Notes: generated from the sequence alone by a model not told the origin. Positions 24,301 to 35,545 are shown, numbered from the whole stretch's first letter. The stretch is DNA of 52,508 nucleotides, filler included, from Piedraia hortae CBS 480.64 (GCA_010093745.1; 10 parts of 10 records of this genome joined end to end with filler, not necessarily neighbours in it), one strand, 5' to 3'. Numbers and translations: made by a program.

Positions 24301-24670
24301 ATATGCGGCCGAGGATCTGCGGATCGTGCTGGACCGTAGTCCCGACCCGGTACGCGGTCTGGAACAGGTCGCTCCGGGCGAGCTGCGGCAGATCTGGGCA
24401 GAGGAGGGCCGGGCACGTGCCGATCCTCGGACCTATGCCGACCGATTCGTGTCCGACTGGCAGTCGGCGTCCGGCGACCGGGAAGCGGCCGAGACTTCGC
24501 AGGCCGAGGACCGGGCGGAACGTCGGCTCGAACGTCTGGAGGAGCGCATGTTGCGTCAGCCGGAGCTGGAGAAGGCGCTCGACGCCCGCTTCCCCGAGCT
24601 GCAGCTCAGGACCGATGGTCCTGGCATGGGTGGGGGTAGCCGCGACCGGGATCAGGGAATGGAACTCTAA
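21308..24670 (+). CDS. MobF-family conjugative relaxase-helicase (TrwC/TraI-like)
   Basis: YYARDNYY catalytic Tyr pairs, HDVNRSGEPQLHVH 3H motif, Walker A GGSGRGKST, GDTRQL, AYAINVHVAQG, C-terminal RDRDQGMEL. Confidence 0.93.
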   Translation: MISVAAVGSASDAAAYYARDNYYTADQAKGASAWAGEGAAELGLSGPVDAERFEQVLSGKLPDGTVLDAKRGEHRAGWDVTMSVPKSVSVLALVGGDARLVTAVREAAAATLAWTERNIAEARVWNGRGQVPEVTGRFVAATFLHDVNRSGEPQLHVHNVIANATRTADGKWRALHADQLYERQHVMDAVFLSVLRSRVETLGFATIPRHDGRNGAFEIAGVSRAVVEAFSGRSAQIDAYIKDRGLDNTPQAREIAALATRDPKTPELAPEQRAEGWRALAAEKRLDPAPMVKDALAEAARGETVWTRAMRGVRGVGERGLAIAGRMGLTPRDGDPLVPERLGRLSPTAFAAAQAVASAVRDLGEREAAFDRLELIRESLTRGGPVTVADVEARLALLQEKGLLLGDGDRMVTTRGAVQLEQAYLAAVEAGQGRSAAIVPPGTAAVRAQEAARELNLHRLNPGQEAAAVLMLSSSDRVVNVQGGSGRGKSTAMAPVTAVARAEGRAVIGLAVASVKASEFGRDTGADVSTVARFLARHERLIDGTARPEQLARVKAELAGAIIMVEEAGQVGTRDMARIVRLANITGAARVVQTGDTRQLTAIAAGKPFEASRRAGVATAHITENLRSRSDQMKAVTAALDRGDVSGTFDVLRSATTEVPGNEVATTVAARWAALPKDERDATLLLTAGRAMRSEANRAVQAELKARGEIAATGTPFTVLDRVNATREGARLMRAYRPGHVVEVRTNLPAQGLVRGDRGIVTAVEGDRVRLGMADGAEKLFRPGRLAKNLDRDAVSIFALKQVELHAGDRIRWSDNDRARGLDNGAMARVKEVGRGRLVVSSLVDGTVHEIGPGDRMAERLDLAYAINVHVAQGVTTEHGIVAMRSSERKLLTERSFLVALTRVADKVALVLDDARRVERSVTRNTGDKTSALDVVERGQAPDIIRLPDAGSPLDQALERYAQLFLAAERMREDGRELSSSEMRELDAASAALDRVRPYAAEDLRIVLDRSPDPVRGLEQVAPGELRQIWAEEGRARADPRTYADRFVSDWQSASGDREAAETSQAEDRAERRLERLEERMLRQPELEKALDARFPELQLRTDGPGMGGGSRDRDQGMEL

Positions 24671-24814
24671 AGATCACGAGCTGCCGTTGACGTAAACGGT
24701 TGAGTGAAAGCTAGGCAGTACACCCGGTCAATAAACCGGACATTGTAGCGGACGCGGACAAGGCACATAGGACGGGTCACGCAAGTGAAACAGCTCATTC
24801 TGGGGCTTGAAGGC

Positions 24815-26024
24815 ATGGCCACCAAACCGGACATCCAGCCGGCCGTCGACCGTGGTGAGGGTATCGCCACGATGCAGCCTATGAAAATAGGGGAGGGCGG
24901 GTCGCGGTACCGTGATGCCGTCGATCTCGCGCTGGAGCTGACCGCCAAATCGGCCGCGTTCCGCAGCAGTCTACCGCCCGCCATGCGGACCGGGCTCGCC
25001 GACCTCGTCCGGGCGATGAACTGCTACTACAGCAATCTGATCGAGGGTCATGACACCCACCCCGTCGATATCGAGCGGGCGCTCAAGAACGATTTCAGCG
25101 CCGATCCGGCCAAGCGCGACCTGCAGCTGGAAGCGACCGCCCATATCGCGGTGCAGGGATGGGTCGATGGGGGTGGCCTGTCGGGCCGGGCGACGAGCGT
25201 CGATGGTTTGCGCGAGGTTCACCGGCGCTTCTGCGAACATCTGCCTCCGTCGATGCTCTGGATCGAGCCGGTGGAGGGCGGCGAGCGGGTTCCAGTCGAG
25301 CCCGGCGCCTTACGGAACCGCGACGTTCGGGTTGGGCAGCACATCGCTGTCAGCCCTGGCGCCGTGCCCCGCTTCCTCGAGCATTTCGCCTGGGCCTATC
25401 AGAAGCGCGGCGCGACCGACGCCATCGTATCGCTGGCGGCTGCGCACCATCGGTTCGCCTGGATCCATCCCTTTCTCGACGGCAACGGGCGGGTCGCCCG
25501 CCTCATGTCGCATGCCATGCTGCTCGATGCGCTCGACACCGGCGGGGTGTGGTCGATCGCGCGCGGCCTCGGCCGCAACGTGCAGGCCTACAAGCGGCAC
25601 CTCGCCGCCTGCGACCTGCCCCGTCGAAACGACCTCGACGGCCGCGGCACGCTGAGCGAGGAGGAGCTGGCGAGCTTCACCACCTTCTTCCTCAAAACCT
25701 GCATCGATCAAGTCAATTTCATGGAAAGCCTCGTCCAGCCCGACCGGCTGCGCATCCGCATCCGACGCTGGGCGGCCGAGGAGATGGACCGAGGAACGCT
25801 CCCGGCCAAGGCCGTCCAGGTAATCGACGCTGCGCTGTACCGCGGCGAGCTCCCGCGCGGTGAGGTGGAGAGCATCGTCGGCACCGGCGAGCGCCAGGCA
25901 CGCCGGGTCACCGCGGCGCTGACGGGCTTGGGTGTGCTGACGGCCGATAGCTCCCGAGCGCCCCTGCAGATCGCGTTTCCCGCCGCGCTGGCAGGCAGCT
26001 GGATGCCGGGGCTGTTTCCGGAAG
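24815..26024 (+). CDS. Fic-family protein with C-terminal HTH (last codons cut by the gap)
   Basis: HPFLDGNGRVAR Fic motif; N-terminal SNLIEG inhibitory-type motif. Confidence 0.9.
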
Positions 26025-26124
26025 NNNNNNNNNNNNNNNNNNNNNNNNNNNNNNNNNNNNNNNNNNNNTTAATTAATTAANNNNNNNNNNNNNNNNNNNN
26101 NNNNNNNNNNNNNNNNNNNNNNNN

Positions 26125-26219
26125 CATACAAATCTCTACGGAAAACTAGTTGACGCGTGAAGTCGAGAGCCGAGCGACGGTTACTAATAATGCGCGTAAT
26201 ATACCGCATATTCACAACA
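26125..26219 (-). mobile_element. Copia LTR family A, contig-end copy
   Basis: Ends ATATTCACAACA (reverse complement of the LTR 5' end). Confidence 0.9.
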
Positions 26220-26412
26220 GTTTGCTGCTGGACTGGACATGATAAAGCCGTGGCTGCTGACTAAGCTCCACGTGTCGGAATCCTCCTCCGCCCTCCCTCC
26301 GCCCTCCTAAAAGGCAGGCACGGGGACGTGGGGCAAACATTTGCAACCAATTTGGGGCTTGGCATGTGTATGTTGCATGGTCTGAGCCAGAAATTTGTAG
26401 ATGCACAAGATG

Positions 26413-27330
26413 CTATCCCTTCTGTGGCATCTGTTGAGCTGCTTCTTTCTCGGCTGCAGCTCTTTTCTGCTCCTGGAGCTTTCTCTGCTTCTCACGCACT
26501 TCCTTGATCGCATTGACATTGTATTTTGACCCCTTAACTTTGAGAAAGTATTGTCTAGCATCGACCATGCCTTCCCCTCCGAATGTTTTCAGATCAATAT
26601 TGCCTACCAAATACGGTCTGAGTGCAAAAACAATACTGGCACGTCCGTTGGGGTTACCAACAACACGATGCATGGCAGCACGAACTTTCTGTTGCAATAA
26701 AGCTCGCGTGAAGTCACCAATGAGAACAACAGGCCCATCAACGTCGATCCATGCGGGGGGCTGCACGTTGTGATCCAAGACTTGCAGTCCGCGCCCACGA
26801 CCGACACATAGGGTTAAGAGACCAATGTCAACGTGCGGTTCCGATATACCTTTTTCTGGAAGGTATTTGAAAAGCCGGAGCAAAGTAGTAATGTTGTTGA
26901 GACTATTGCCATCCTTTGGCAACGTCAGAGAGTTTGCGACAAGGTTATCCCAAACATGAACACCCAACTCTGCAGCACGGCTCAAATCGCAGAGGATGCG
27001 GTGGAGAAATGCACCTAAGTGTTGCCACACATCGCTTGCACATTGCTCAAGAGGCAATTCCGGATTACGCGAGTAGCGTAGAGTGACATATTCCTTCTCA
27101 CCCACTACCCTATAGTAGCCACACTCCGTGCCATGGGTAGGAGGGTAAAGGGATCGCTTTTCAGTCTCATCCATTGCAAAAAACGTGTCAGATGCAACAG
27201 AGAGTTGGTGGAGGCAATCAGTCATTTCTGGCTTCAGATTGGCCTTGAGCCAACCCTGATATGCCAGTGTATATATTTGCTCAAGGTCCAAGAGTGGAGG
27301 GGGACCTTGCGGAGGTAGGAATTCATCCAT
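26413..27330 (-). CDS. 2-oxoglutarate/Fe(II)-dependent dioxygenase (IPNS-like fold)
   Basis: LLRLFKY, HVDIGLLTL (HxD), GLQV, HRVV, RASIVF (RxS). Confidence 0.85.
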   Translation of the reverse strand: MDEFLPPQGPPPLLDLEQIYTLAYQGWLKANLKPEMTDCLHQLSVASDTFFAMDETEKRSLYPPTHGTECGYYRVVGEKEYVTLRYSRNPELPLEQCASDVWQHLGAFLHRILCDLSRAAELGVHVWDNLVANSLTLPKDGNSLNNITTLLRLFKYLPEKGISEPHVDIGLLTLCVGRGRGLQVLDHNVQPPAWIDVDGPVVLIGDFTRALLQQKVRAAMHRVVGNPNGRASIVFALRPYLVGNIDLKTFGGEGMVDARQYFLKVKGSKYNVNAIKEVREKQRKLQEQKRAAAEKEAAQQMPQKG

Positions 27331-27509
27331 TGAAAGATTTTACTCTTTGCAATGGTCAATATATGGAGATATACCCCCTCGGGCGTATCTCGGATCTTTA
27401 TCGGATCCGGGTGCGGCAACTCCCACAAGGTGGTGTCAGCCTATGATGTATGAATCTCAACGCACAAATAAATACCGTTCCACTTTGAAATTACCAAGCA
27501 ATCAGAGTC

Positions 27510-28523
27510 ATGGAGTACTCAATCATCACTCCCAGTATCAAGTCTACCGAAAAAATCGAAGACAGAACGGCTCCGTTAACAAAGGTGTCCAAAAAAACTC
27601 AGCGTCGCCAACTTAAAAGGCTTCGAGCAAAGCGTCCCAGCCAAGCTCCTACACCTCTAGATCTCCCTGCGGAGTTACTCCACGATATCCTCACCCACCT
27701 CACTCCTAGTGAGGTTTTAAGAGCAAGGTGTCTCAGCCGGAATTTCAATGCGTTCATTTCATCTAACGAATCATCACTCGCACGCAGCGTCATTCGGAAA
27801 AAGTATCGAGTACTTTCGCAAAGCTTTCCACTTCCCCAACCGCTCTCAGCTTTAGATGAGGAAAGCCTCCAAGCCCTGCGTAGACCCGGACGCAAGTCTC
27901 TACTTACAGATTACCAAAAGGGTTTCACACATATTCCTAGCCCTCCCGGGGACAAGATATGCACTTGTCCCTCGTGCATTATGGCATGGAACAACCTGGC
28001 CACGGTCTTGGATCTGCATCACTGGCAATCGAACCTCAACGCGCGTGAGCCCATCCCCATGATCCCGCGGGGCCAGAACCCCGTGTGGAACGTCGCCCTC
28101 TTGGCCCGCTCGGCTGCCATGGTAGAAAAGGCGATACAAGGCCACTTATTGACATATGCTTTGATCTTGGAAAGGCATCTCAACACCATCATCGGAGGAT
28201 TGACGAGACATGGGAACAGAACCCCTGCGAGGACGCCAGTGCACAGACATGGAAAAGGTGTTGCCACTCCACAGAAGAGCACAGCTTATCCCAAAGTCCT
28301 ATACGGCATGACAGCCGCGGATGTGGAAAGCGGTACGGATGAGTTCCTTGAACGAGAAGGAAGGGAAAACTACGAAATTCCTTACACCAGGGACAACTAC
28401 TATAATAACAACATGCTGGCTTACGTTCCGAATAGAAAGTGGGACAAGAAGAACGAGAGTTGGATTTATTTCGCTGTCAGTGCACATGAAAGGGATTTGG
28501 CTTGGCTCAAGTCAAAGACATAG
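27510..28523 (+). CDS. Fungal F-box domain protein
   Basis: LDLPAELLHDILTHLTPSEVLRARCLSRNFNAFI F-box consensus; CTCPSC. Confidence 0.8.
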   Translation: MEYSIITPSIKSTEKIEDRTAPLTKVSKKTQRRQLKRLRAKRPSQAPTPLDLPAELLHDILTHLTPSEVLRARCLSRNFNAFISSNESSLARSVIRKKYRVLSQSFPLPQPLSALDEESLQALRRPGRKSLLTDYQKGFTHIPSPPGDKICTCPSCIMAWNNLATVLDLHHWQSNLNAREPIPMIPRGQNPVWNVALLARSAAMVEKAIQGHLLTYALILERHLNTIIGGLTRHGNRTPARTPVHRHGKGVATPQKSTAYPKVLYGMTAADVESGTDEFLEREGRENYEIPYTRDNYYNNNMLAYVPNRKWDKKNESWIYFAVSAHERDLAWLKSKT

Positions 28524-28562
28524 TACAATCATGTATACGAACAACATCAGGGCTACGAGCCA

Positions 28563-30641
28563 CTAATTTCCTTGCCACCAATCACCGTTGTGCGTCTCCT
28601 CGGGCGTGTCGTAAAGCAGTCGAGAGCTGCTATTTGCTGGACGTTCAGGCCATACGTTCAATGTGCCGAGCCAGGCTTCGGACCTCACAACATCGACTTC
28701 GGCACCTGAATCCACGTAAATTCCAAAACCGGTGCTGCACAATTGGCTAGGGTAGACTCTGCCCATGGATGCGAAGCGATCATTTATGTAGACTTCCACA
28801 AGGGACCCATCTACGAAGACATCCATGACAATCTCCTCTCTCCGAGTCTGTCCTCCTTTGCGAAGAATGTAGGGGTGGAAGTAGCTGACAAGCGTACCGT
28901 TGTTGAAACCATCAATGGTACTGCTGTGAGAGCGGTTGATGAGCACGGTGTTGTTAGAAGGCTCATAGCTGATGGTTGTGTACTCCTTCATATCGGGAGA
29001 TGCGGCAACGACGAGACCAAACGCGCCTTTGGAAGCGCCAAAGGTAGCTTTGATCCTCATGTGAGCATCACCAGCTTTCTGAAGGATTTTGGTTGAAGTA
29101 TAGTGCTGCTTCCCAAAGAAAACGTGGCGCGCTTTCGCAACAATGGCTGCCACGACATCGCTCAAAGGCTTCACACCTAGGGTGTGGACATGACCATTGT
29201 CTTGGAGAACGACAGTTTTGCTCTCCGCCAATGACCCATCCTCGTCGACTACATTGTCCATCTCGTGCACAAACAGCTCGCGAGGCAGCGCAAATGCCCC
29301 TTGGTAGCCTTGCTGGGTGGTGCTGAATAGTCCAGAGTCAGCAACAATATCTTCGCTTACCCACGCCCACTGCACGCGGCGGTGGTTCTTGGTATCAAGA
29401 AACGAAGTCAAAGCATAGCTGATGCCGCTATCAGATTGTCCACCGGCGATAGGCTCGAATGCCAAGCTTCCATTCGCCCGGCGACTAAGCTTGCCTTCGT
29501 TCCATAGCGACCAGTGCCCATAAGGATGGAAAGTCATGTTTGCGCCTTCTGTGCCAAATGTAGCGTAATAGTGCAGTTCGCCTTGGCTATCCGCCAAGGT
29601 GAAGAAGTTGGACACTTCAAAATTAAAGCCGTAGCTGCCAGTGGACAGGACAGGGCCAAGCGAAGTGTTCGCTGCGGGCTCCCAGAGAGCGCCCAGAAAC
29701 GTCCACTTTGTTAAGTCATTGGAGGGAGCCGTCCACATTGGCAGACGAGGTCCCGCTCCCTTGATACCAGAGCCGAAAACAGCATAGTAATGAGGTTCTG
29801 ACACTCCAAGCAGTTTGTCAAGGGCCGGTATTGGCTGGAAATGGGGGTCACGGAAGCCAGTCAGATTCCAATTCATGGGTGGCAAGCTTGTTGTCGTGTT
29901 AATGACTGGATTGCCTTCGTATTGCTTCCACGTTATACCGCCATCAGTACTGAACGCAAGGCTTTGGGTTTCGGTAAAAGGGATATATTTCTGCGCCCAG
30001 CCTGTGGGCAGCTGAGATACCGACGTGTACATGACCAAAAGGGTCCCATCGGTTTCACCGTGAACGTTGACAGGCTGGCCAGTCCCAGTGAAGATGCCTA
30101 GACCATCGTAACTACCAAATCCCGCGGGCCCCAGAGCCAAAGCCTGATCGTCCCGCCACCCACCCACATCTGTCCAGGTGATCAAGTCTTTACTGACGGC
30201 ATGTCCCCAACTGATGTTTCCCCAATTTATGTGGTTGGGATGCCATTGGTACAATAGATGATAGGTCTGTCTGGTGGGATCATACATAGCTCCCGAAGGA
30301 TCATTCATCCACCCGGATGGCGCCATAAAGTGGGAAATTGGACGCCATCTGGTGAAAAGAGAGTTGTTTCCCATACTACGGACGTCGTCAGTTGTGAGAG
30401 TGAAGCATTCTTGGCCGGGCCCACCAGGCGGACCCGGATGCGGATATCCAGACGGGCGAGGAAGGTACCCAGACGGACCAGGATGAGGATGTCCCGAAGG
30501 ACCGCGGTGCGGACCTTCAGACGGGCCATGGTGTGGATTGTCAGGCGACCCATACGTTGTATTTGGAGAACCCTTCCAGCCCCCATCGGCGACAGCCGTC
30601 ACGGCCGTCACGGCAGACAAAAGTGCGACGATAAGATGCAT
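28563..30641 (-). CDS. Secreted GH32 beta-fructofuranosidase / fructosyltransferase
   Basis: Signal peptide; WMNDPSG, WGHAVS, FRDP and GFNFEV catalytic motifs; C-terminal VDGSLVEVY. Confidence 0.92.
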   Translation of the reverse strand: MHLIVALLSAVTAVTAVADGGWKGSPNTTYGSPDNPHHGPSEGPHRGPSGHPHPGPSGYLPRPSGYPHPGPPGGPGQECFTLTTDDVRSMGNNSLFTRWRPISHFMAPSGWMNDPSGAMYDPTRQTYHLLYQWHPNHINWGNISWGHAVSKDLITWTDVGGWRDDQALALGPAGFGSYDGLGIFTGTGQPVNVHGETDGTLLVMYTSVSQLPTGWAQKYIPFTETQSLAFSTDGGITWKQYEGNPVINTTTSLPPMNWNLTGFRDPHFQPIPALDKLLGVSEPHYYAVFGSGIKGAGPRLPMWTAPSNDLTKWTFLGALWEPAANTSLGPVLSTGSYGFNFEVSNFFTLADSQGELHYYATFGTEGANMTFHPYGHWSLWNEGKLSRRANGSLAFEPIAGGQSDSGISYALTSFLDTKNHRRVQWAWVSEDIVADSGLFSTTQQGYQGAFALPRELFVHEMDNVVDEDGSLAESKTVVLQDNGHVHTLGVKPLSDVVAAIVAKARHVFFGKQHYTSTKILQKAGDAHMRIKATFGASKGAFGLVVAASPDMKEYTTISYEPSNNTVLINRSHSSTIDGFNNGTLVSYFHPYILRKGGQTRREEIVMDVFVDGSLVEVYINDRFASMGRVYPSQLCSTGFGIYVDSGAEVDVVRSEAWLGTLNVWPERPANSSSRLLYDTPEETHNGDWWQGN

Positions 30642-30817
30642 GATTAATGATGCCCAAGCGGACAGTACCGGACTTACATTGTGTACTTATTTGTAGCTCT
30701 CCCGACCTCGTGTAATATTATCCTACCCCGCCGCCGGAGGCTTGACGTGGCCCAGATGACCTCAGAGGCTGACCAATAACCGGAAGCTGTACGGACTATC
30801 CGGACCGAATGGGGATG

Positions 30818-30859
30818 TGTTGTGAATATGCGGTATATTACGCGCATTATTAGTAACCG
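30818..30859 (+). mobile_element. Copia LTR family A, 5' part at contig end
   Basis: TGTTGTGAATATGCGG... Confidence 0.88.
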
Positions 30860-30959
30860 NNNNNNNNNNNNNNNNNNNNNNNNNNNNNNNNNNNNNNNNN
30901 NNNTTAATTAATTAANNNNNNNNNNNNNNNNNNNNNNNNNNNNNNNNNNNNNNNNNNNN

Positions 30960-31023
30960 CGTGAAGTCGAGAGCCGAGCGACGGTTACTAATAATGCGCG
31001 TAATATACCGCATATTCACAACA
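30960..31023 (-). mobile_element. Copia LTR family A, contig-end copy
   Basis: ...ATATTCACAACA. Confidence 0.9.
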
Positions 31024-31845
31024 GTTTGTTTGGAACGGAGCTGGGAATGCAACACTAGGGTTAGGTTGATCCGTAGACATGCAGCTTTGACTTGTCTTTT
31101 TCGCATTATTTGACCGATAGGCAACAGTTGAGCATATGAAATGTAGCTCATTCGATTTCTTGTAGCTTTCTGCCTAGAACGCCTAAGCTTCAGATCTCTG
31201 CGATGTTGTGGGCTGGATTAGTGTCGCTTCAAACTCGACTGCATCTGGGCTGAATCGGGTCTCGAGCTTCGGGCCCTCGCGAATGCGCAAACGTAATTGA
31301 ACACACAAAGGTAGCAACAGGTGGCTGGCTATGGTATTGGAAACCAGCCCAAGCTACCGAATCATGGACGTGCCAAGGAATTAGATATCTCGTTCTACAC
31401 GTGCAAAGCAGTGCAACGAGTTACGGCAGGCCAATAACATCATGAAGACATCACGGTGAGCCTTGAACAACTCCTGTTGGAAATGGTAAAAGCTGTGCAC
31501 AAGTGTGTGCGTTCACTTTGACCCACCAATTTGCTGTGCCCTACTGTACATTCTTGGCAACGCCACCCACAAGTCACGGCAGAAATTCCTAAAAAGGTTA
31601 ATATTATTCACGGTTGCGGCTCTGTCACCACCGCGGATACAAATCGTCTCCATATTAACATTATGTTATTTGGTTATTTGTTGTATTACCACAATCCTCG
31701 ATGGCTTCGTTAAAGATGCACTCAGATTGCTCATGTCTAAAAGTCGTGCCACGTAATCATCGCGTTGCATTAACCCTATTATGTAAATCAGTCGCCGAGT
31801 CGTGTTTGGGATATTACAAGGCCAAAGGGCAATTGGCATCTTGGC

Positions 31846-34800
31846 TCATGTCGCCGGCGGGCAGTATTGCGTTAACACCTTCCTGATGCCTGGTCGGCGG
31901 ATTGGTTTGGAGCTGAATCACATCAGTGTCGTGCACACAATGGTTGCTGTGGGACGAACCAGAAGCTATTCATCCCACTCTCTAGACAATTGTTGACGTT
32001 AATATCGTCTGCAAAAGCCGAAAGGGCAATTATGGGCTTCTGGAAGCCCATCTCGCGAATTTTGCGAGTCGACTGTATGCCGTCCACATTTGGCATTTGC
32101 ACGTCCATGAAGATGAGATCAAACTGTTTGCTGTTTTCATCGACCAAGGTCTCTTGTACCCGATCAATGGCTTCCTGTCCATCCATGGCAACGGTGACGT
32201 CGCCTATGTGCTCCAACTTGAGCATTCGAAGAATTACCTCTTGATTAATCTTATTGTCTTCTGCCACGAGAATGTGAAGATTTGACCAATGCGATGATTC
32301 AGGAGTGTCAAGATTTTCTAACGACGTTTGTCCTCCAAAGTACTCCGTAGGAGTGATAGAAAGAGCAGGGCTTAGCTGAGGCTGGCGTATTGCCGTTGTA
32401 GCCAACGTAAGAGAGCCTTGCTCAGGCGCCCTCTCTTCGCTCTGCGCAGGTGCCTTCTCTTCGCCGTACGAAGAAGCTCTACTCTCAGGTGGCCTTGCGG
32501 ACACTTCAGGGAAGCTGTTCATGCTGCCGGATCGTGCTTGCACCCAACGCAGCGGAATAGTCATGGTGAACTTGCTGCCCTCGTCGGGTTTGCTCCACAA
32601 CTCAATTGAGCCCCGCATGAGATTTGCCAATTGAGAGCATATACTCAACCCCAAGCCTGTGCCGCCAAATTTCTTAGACAGCTTCAGATCGCCCTGCACA
32701 AAAGGTTCAAAAATCTTCTCCTGAAGCTCTTCAGCAATGCCCGGGCCGGAATCTGTTACTTTAAATTCAAAACCCAACGGCACACCCGACGGTGGGGAGT
32801 GTGAATCTGAGGAATGGGCCAATGCCTGTGACCGGATTGATGGCAGTCCCTGTGACCTGGTTGGCGTTGTGATGCCGATTGCTTTGGGATTTCGAGGAAG
32901 TGATTTGCTTGATGGGACCGATTCCATAGATTGCCTTTGGCTAGAATCGGAAGTCACAGCCAGCGGAAAGCAGCGCACAGTCAATGTGACGTTACCATTT
33001 GGCGGCGTGAATTTAATCGCGTTGGACACCAAGTTGATGAGCACTTGCATGAGGCGGTGCGAATCGCCCCAGAGAGTCATATCTTGAGGTCGCGGAGCAG
33101 TTGCCAATTTGAGAGCGGGAATCTGGTCGCTTGGAGGATCCTCGAATATGACTTGGAAGTTAATTTGACCCTCTTTCGCCTGTTTCTCAAATATTGCAAG
33201 TAACTGTGAGCGGATGTCACGCAAATAAAACTCCTTTTCGTCAAGCTGTAGGGTTTGCCCAACCTGATTACGGCTAAACATCAAAAGATCGGTGAGTAGA
33301 TTGAGGAGAAGGTCCCCACTCTTGTAGATAAGGTTGAGTGAGCGCTTGATCCGAATAGGATCGTTTTCTTGCATGCATACCGCACACATGCCAAGAATGC
33401 CATTGAGAGGGGTCTTGAGTTCGTGCGAGATGTTGGCGAGAAAAAGCGTCTTGCTCTCATTTGCAGCCTCTGCTGCTTGCTTGCTCGACTCAAGCTCGGC
33501 CGTTCTTTGCTGCACACGCTCCTCTAACCTCTCATATTGCATCGTGAGTTCATCTGTCATGACGTTGAACGTGGCAGTGAGTTCTGAAAGCTCATCGGTG
33601 ATAAAAGACCGTCGTTCCTTGACCCTTCCTGGTATGCGAAATTGCCGCCTTCTCTCATGTGGTGTTGCCTGGTTCGCGCGGCGGCGACGAACCCATTGCG
33701 TTACCGTTTTCAACCGCGGGGTTGGCTTTTCCGTCTCAGGTATCACAGCCATTGGGGAATTATCCTGCGAGGTGCTGAGGCTGGGACTTCTGTGTCCGGG
33801 AGGCTCTATGGTTTGCTCAGTTGCTTCCCGCAGCCTACGAATCGGGCTAACGAAAAGATAAGCGACGGGGAATGACACGAATGCCATGAGGCCAGCAGTG
33901 CCAAAGATGCAAGCCAAGAGAACATTGCGTAGCCTGGTCATTGGGCGCCAGGTCTCTTTTAGCGATTGTTCAACAAAAACTACCCAGTCAACAGCATCGC
34001 TCAACGTTATAGCGTAGCCGACTGATATGGTGACATTGTTTTCATTGCGTGACCGAACAAGCGCACCATCGTCGTCGCCGGTGCCGTGGATATCTAGCCA
34101 TCTTGTGAATGCAGCTTTGACGGCAGGATAACTAGTAGAACTAAAAGGGGGATTTGCTCTTCCCAACACATCGATAGGATGGCGCGAGGCATCGGTTGCA
34201 TTCAAAGGGATAACATAACGCACATCAAAGCTGTCCGAGGCATTCGATGCGGACATCTGGTTCAGAACGTCGGCCGAAAAGATATTGTTTATCGAGTTGG
34301 GCCCGATCAAAAGTGTTTGGCCTGTCGAATCCAGCCCTTCCCTCGAATGCACCACATCCTGTAGCAAGCGCGCGTTTATGACGATTGTCAGCCACCCAAG
34401 GACATTGTCAAGTTGAGAGTTGTTCACCAGCGGTGTTGTAATGGAAAGCAAGGCAAACGTGCTGTTGATCTGCCATGGGCCACGGATAAGCACCGACGGC
34501 TGCGAAAAGGCGTTACCGATCCTCACGCGCCCAGATTTGAAAGCGCCTTCATCGTCCACAAGATCGAACGAATCAGGATAGAGTTGCGGTGGATAGCCGA
34601 GATTTTCGCACTGGTTGTCGCCCAAAAACACGGGGGCACCGTTTGGGCACTTGGACGGCAACAGGATCGAGCTACCGTTGATCGCTGGACGAGTAACGTT
34701 CAAAACACCGTATCCTTCTTGTGGCCCCGTAAGATTGTAGGGCCTGATCATGGCCTGCAAGAGAATTTGCTCCCCAACCGATCCACGTCCGGAGATGGCA

Positions 34801-35105
34801 TCGGCAACGTCCGTCTGAGCCATTGCCCAATTCTGAGCTGTATTGTTACCTAAGTCGTTGTACCGTTGGAGCGCGGTTTGGATGAGAAGGCGAGAAGCAA
34901 CAAAGCTTACGCCGCTGTGCATAAGGTTGAGGGCCGAGGACAACTGTGCAGACTTAAGAGAAGCCGTGCGCGAGAGACGGAAAGATTGAATGCCCAAGAC
35001 AAAGTTGCGGGTGCTGACCCATACAGCCACCGAGACAACTGCAAGGCTAACGAGCGACGCAAAAAGCATGACCAGAGCCAGTTGCACTCGGATAGAGACC
35101 CTCAT
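31846..35105 (-). CDS. SLN1: Transmembrane hybrid histidine kinase (Sln1/TcsB type), 2 exons
   Basis: Two TM helices, HAMP, H-box FLANISHELKTPL, NLVSNAIKFT, DSGPGI, GGTGLGL, receiver AEDN/IFMDVQMP; 47-nt intron 31959-31913 gives terminal SKPIRRPGIRKVLTQYCPPAT*. Confidence 0.88.
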
Positions 35106-35482
35106 TGTGCTTGGCCTTATGCAGATGCAACCAGCACGGTGAAATTTCCACGACAAATGGTGAATCGTGGATTGTTAGTACCTGCCTAGAACTTGTGGCC
35201 CACGCAAAGAGTGGCGCGCGTGCCAACACAAGGAGCGGACGGCCACACATAAGCCTCGCGTTTGAAAGACGAAAGGCGACAGCACAGCACCAGTCCTCCT
35301 TGGCGCGACTACGAGTTCCGCGGCCGAGACAAGGCGATCATGACGGGGTTCCGTTGACAAAGTAGGTCGCAATGACATGTCACACCAGCCGTCGGGCCGA
35401 GCCGCCCGCGCATCCAAAGCAACAGTGAAACCGCTAGGCTGCGCTACCGCGTCTCGAAGCTTCCACCATGCTTTAGCCGAAT

Positions 35483-35545
35483 TGTCAGGGTACGCGTTGG
35501 AACTATGTTGTCGCGCGAGGAGATGACACCAGGCACGCCACCTAG
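35483..35545 (+). mobile_element. Diverged partial copy of short LTR family D
   Basis: TGTCAGGGTACGCGTTGGAACTATGTTGTCGCGCGAGGAGATGACACCAGG aligns with 47794-47854. Confidence 0.7.

Noticed and set aside
20766..26024. Bacterium-to-fungus horizontal transfer
   Set aside because: Bacterial DNA is confined to whole contigs between artificial linkers; no junction evidence.
26215..26224. Pairing contig ends by shared TSD within this window
   Set aside because: LTR 5' flanks (CAAAC twice, GGATG, CTTCC) match none of the 3' flanks (ACTAG, AAGAG, CAGAT, TTATG, GTTGG, CTTTC, CTGAA), so these contigs cannot be ordered from this window.
30806..30817. Purine-rich GAATGGGGATG before an LTR as a polypurine tract
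   Set aside because: Interrupted by T and lies in the GH32 upstream region with no retroelement interior; probably chance.
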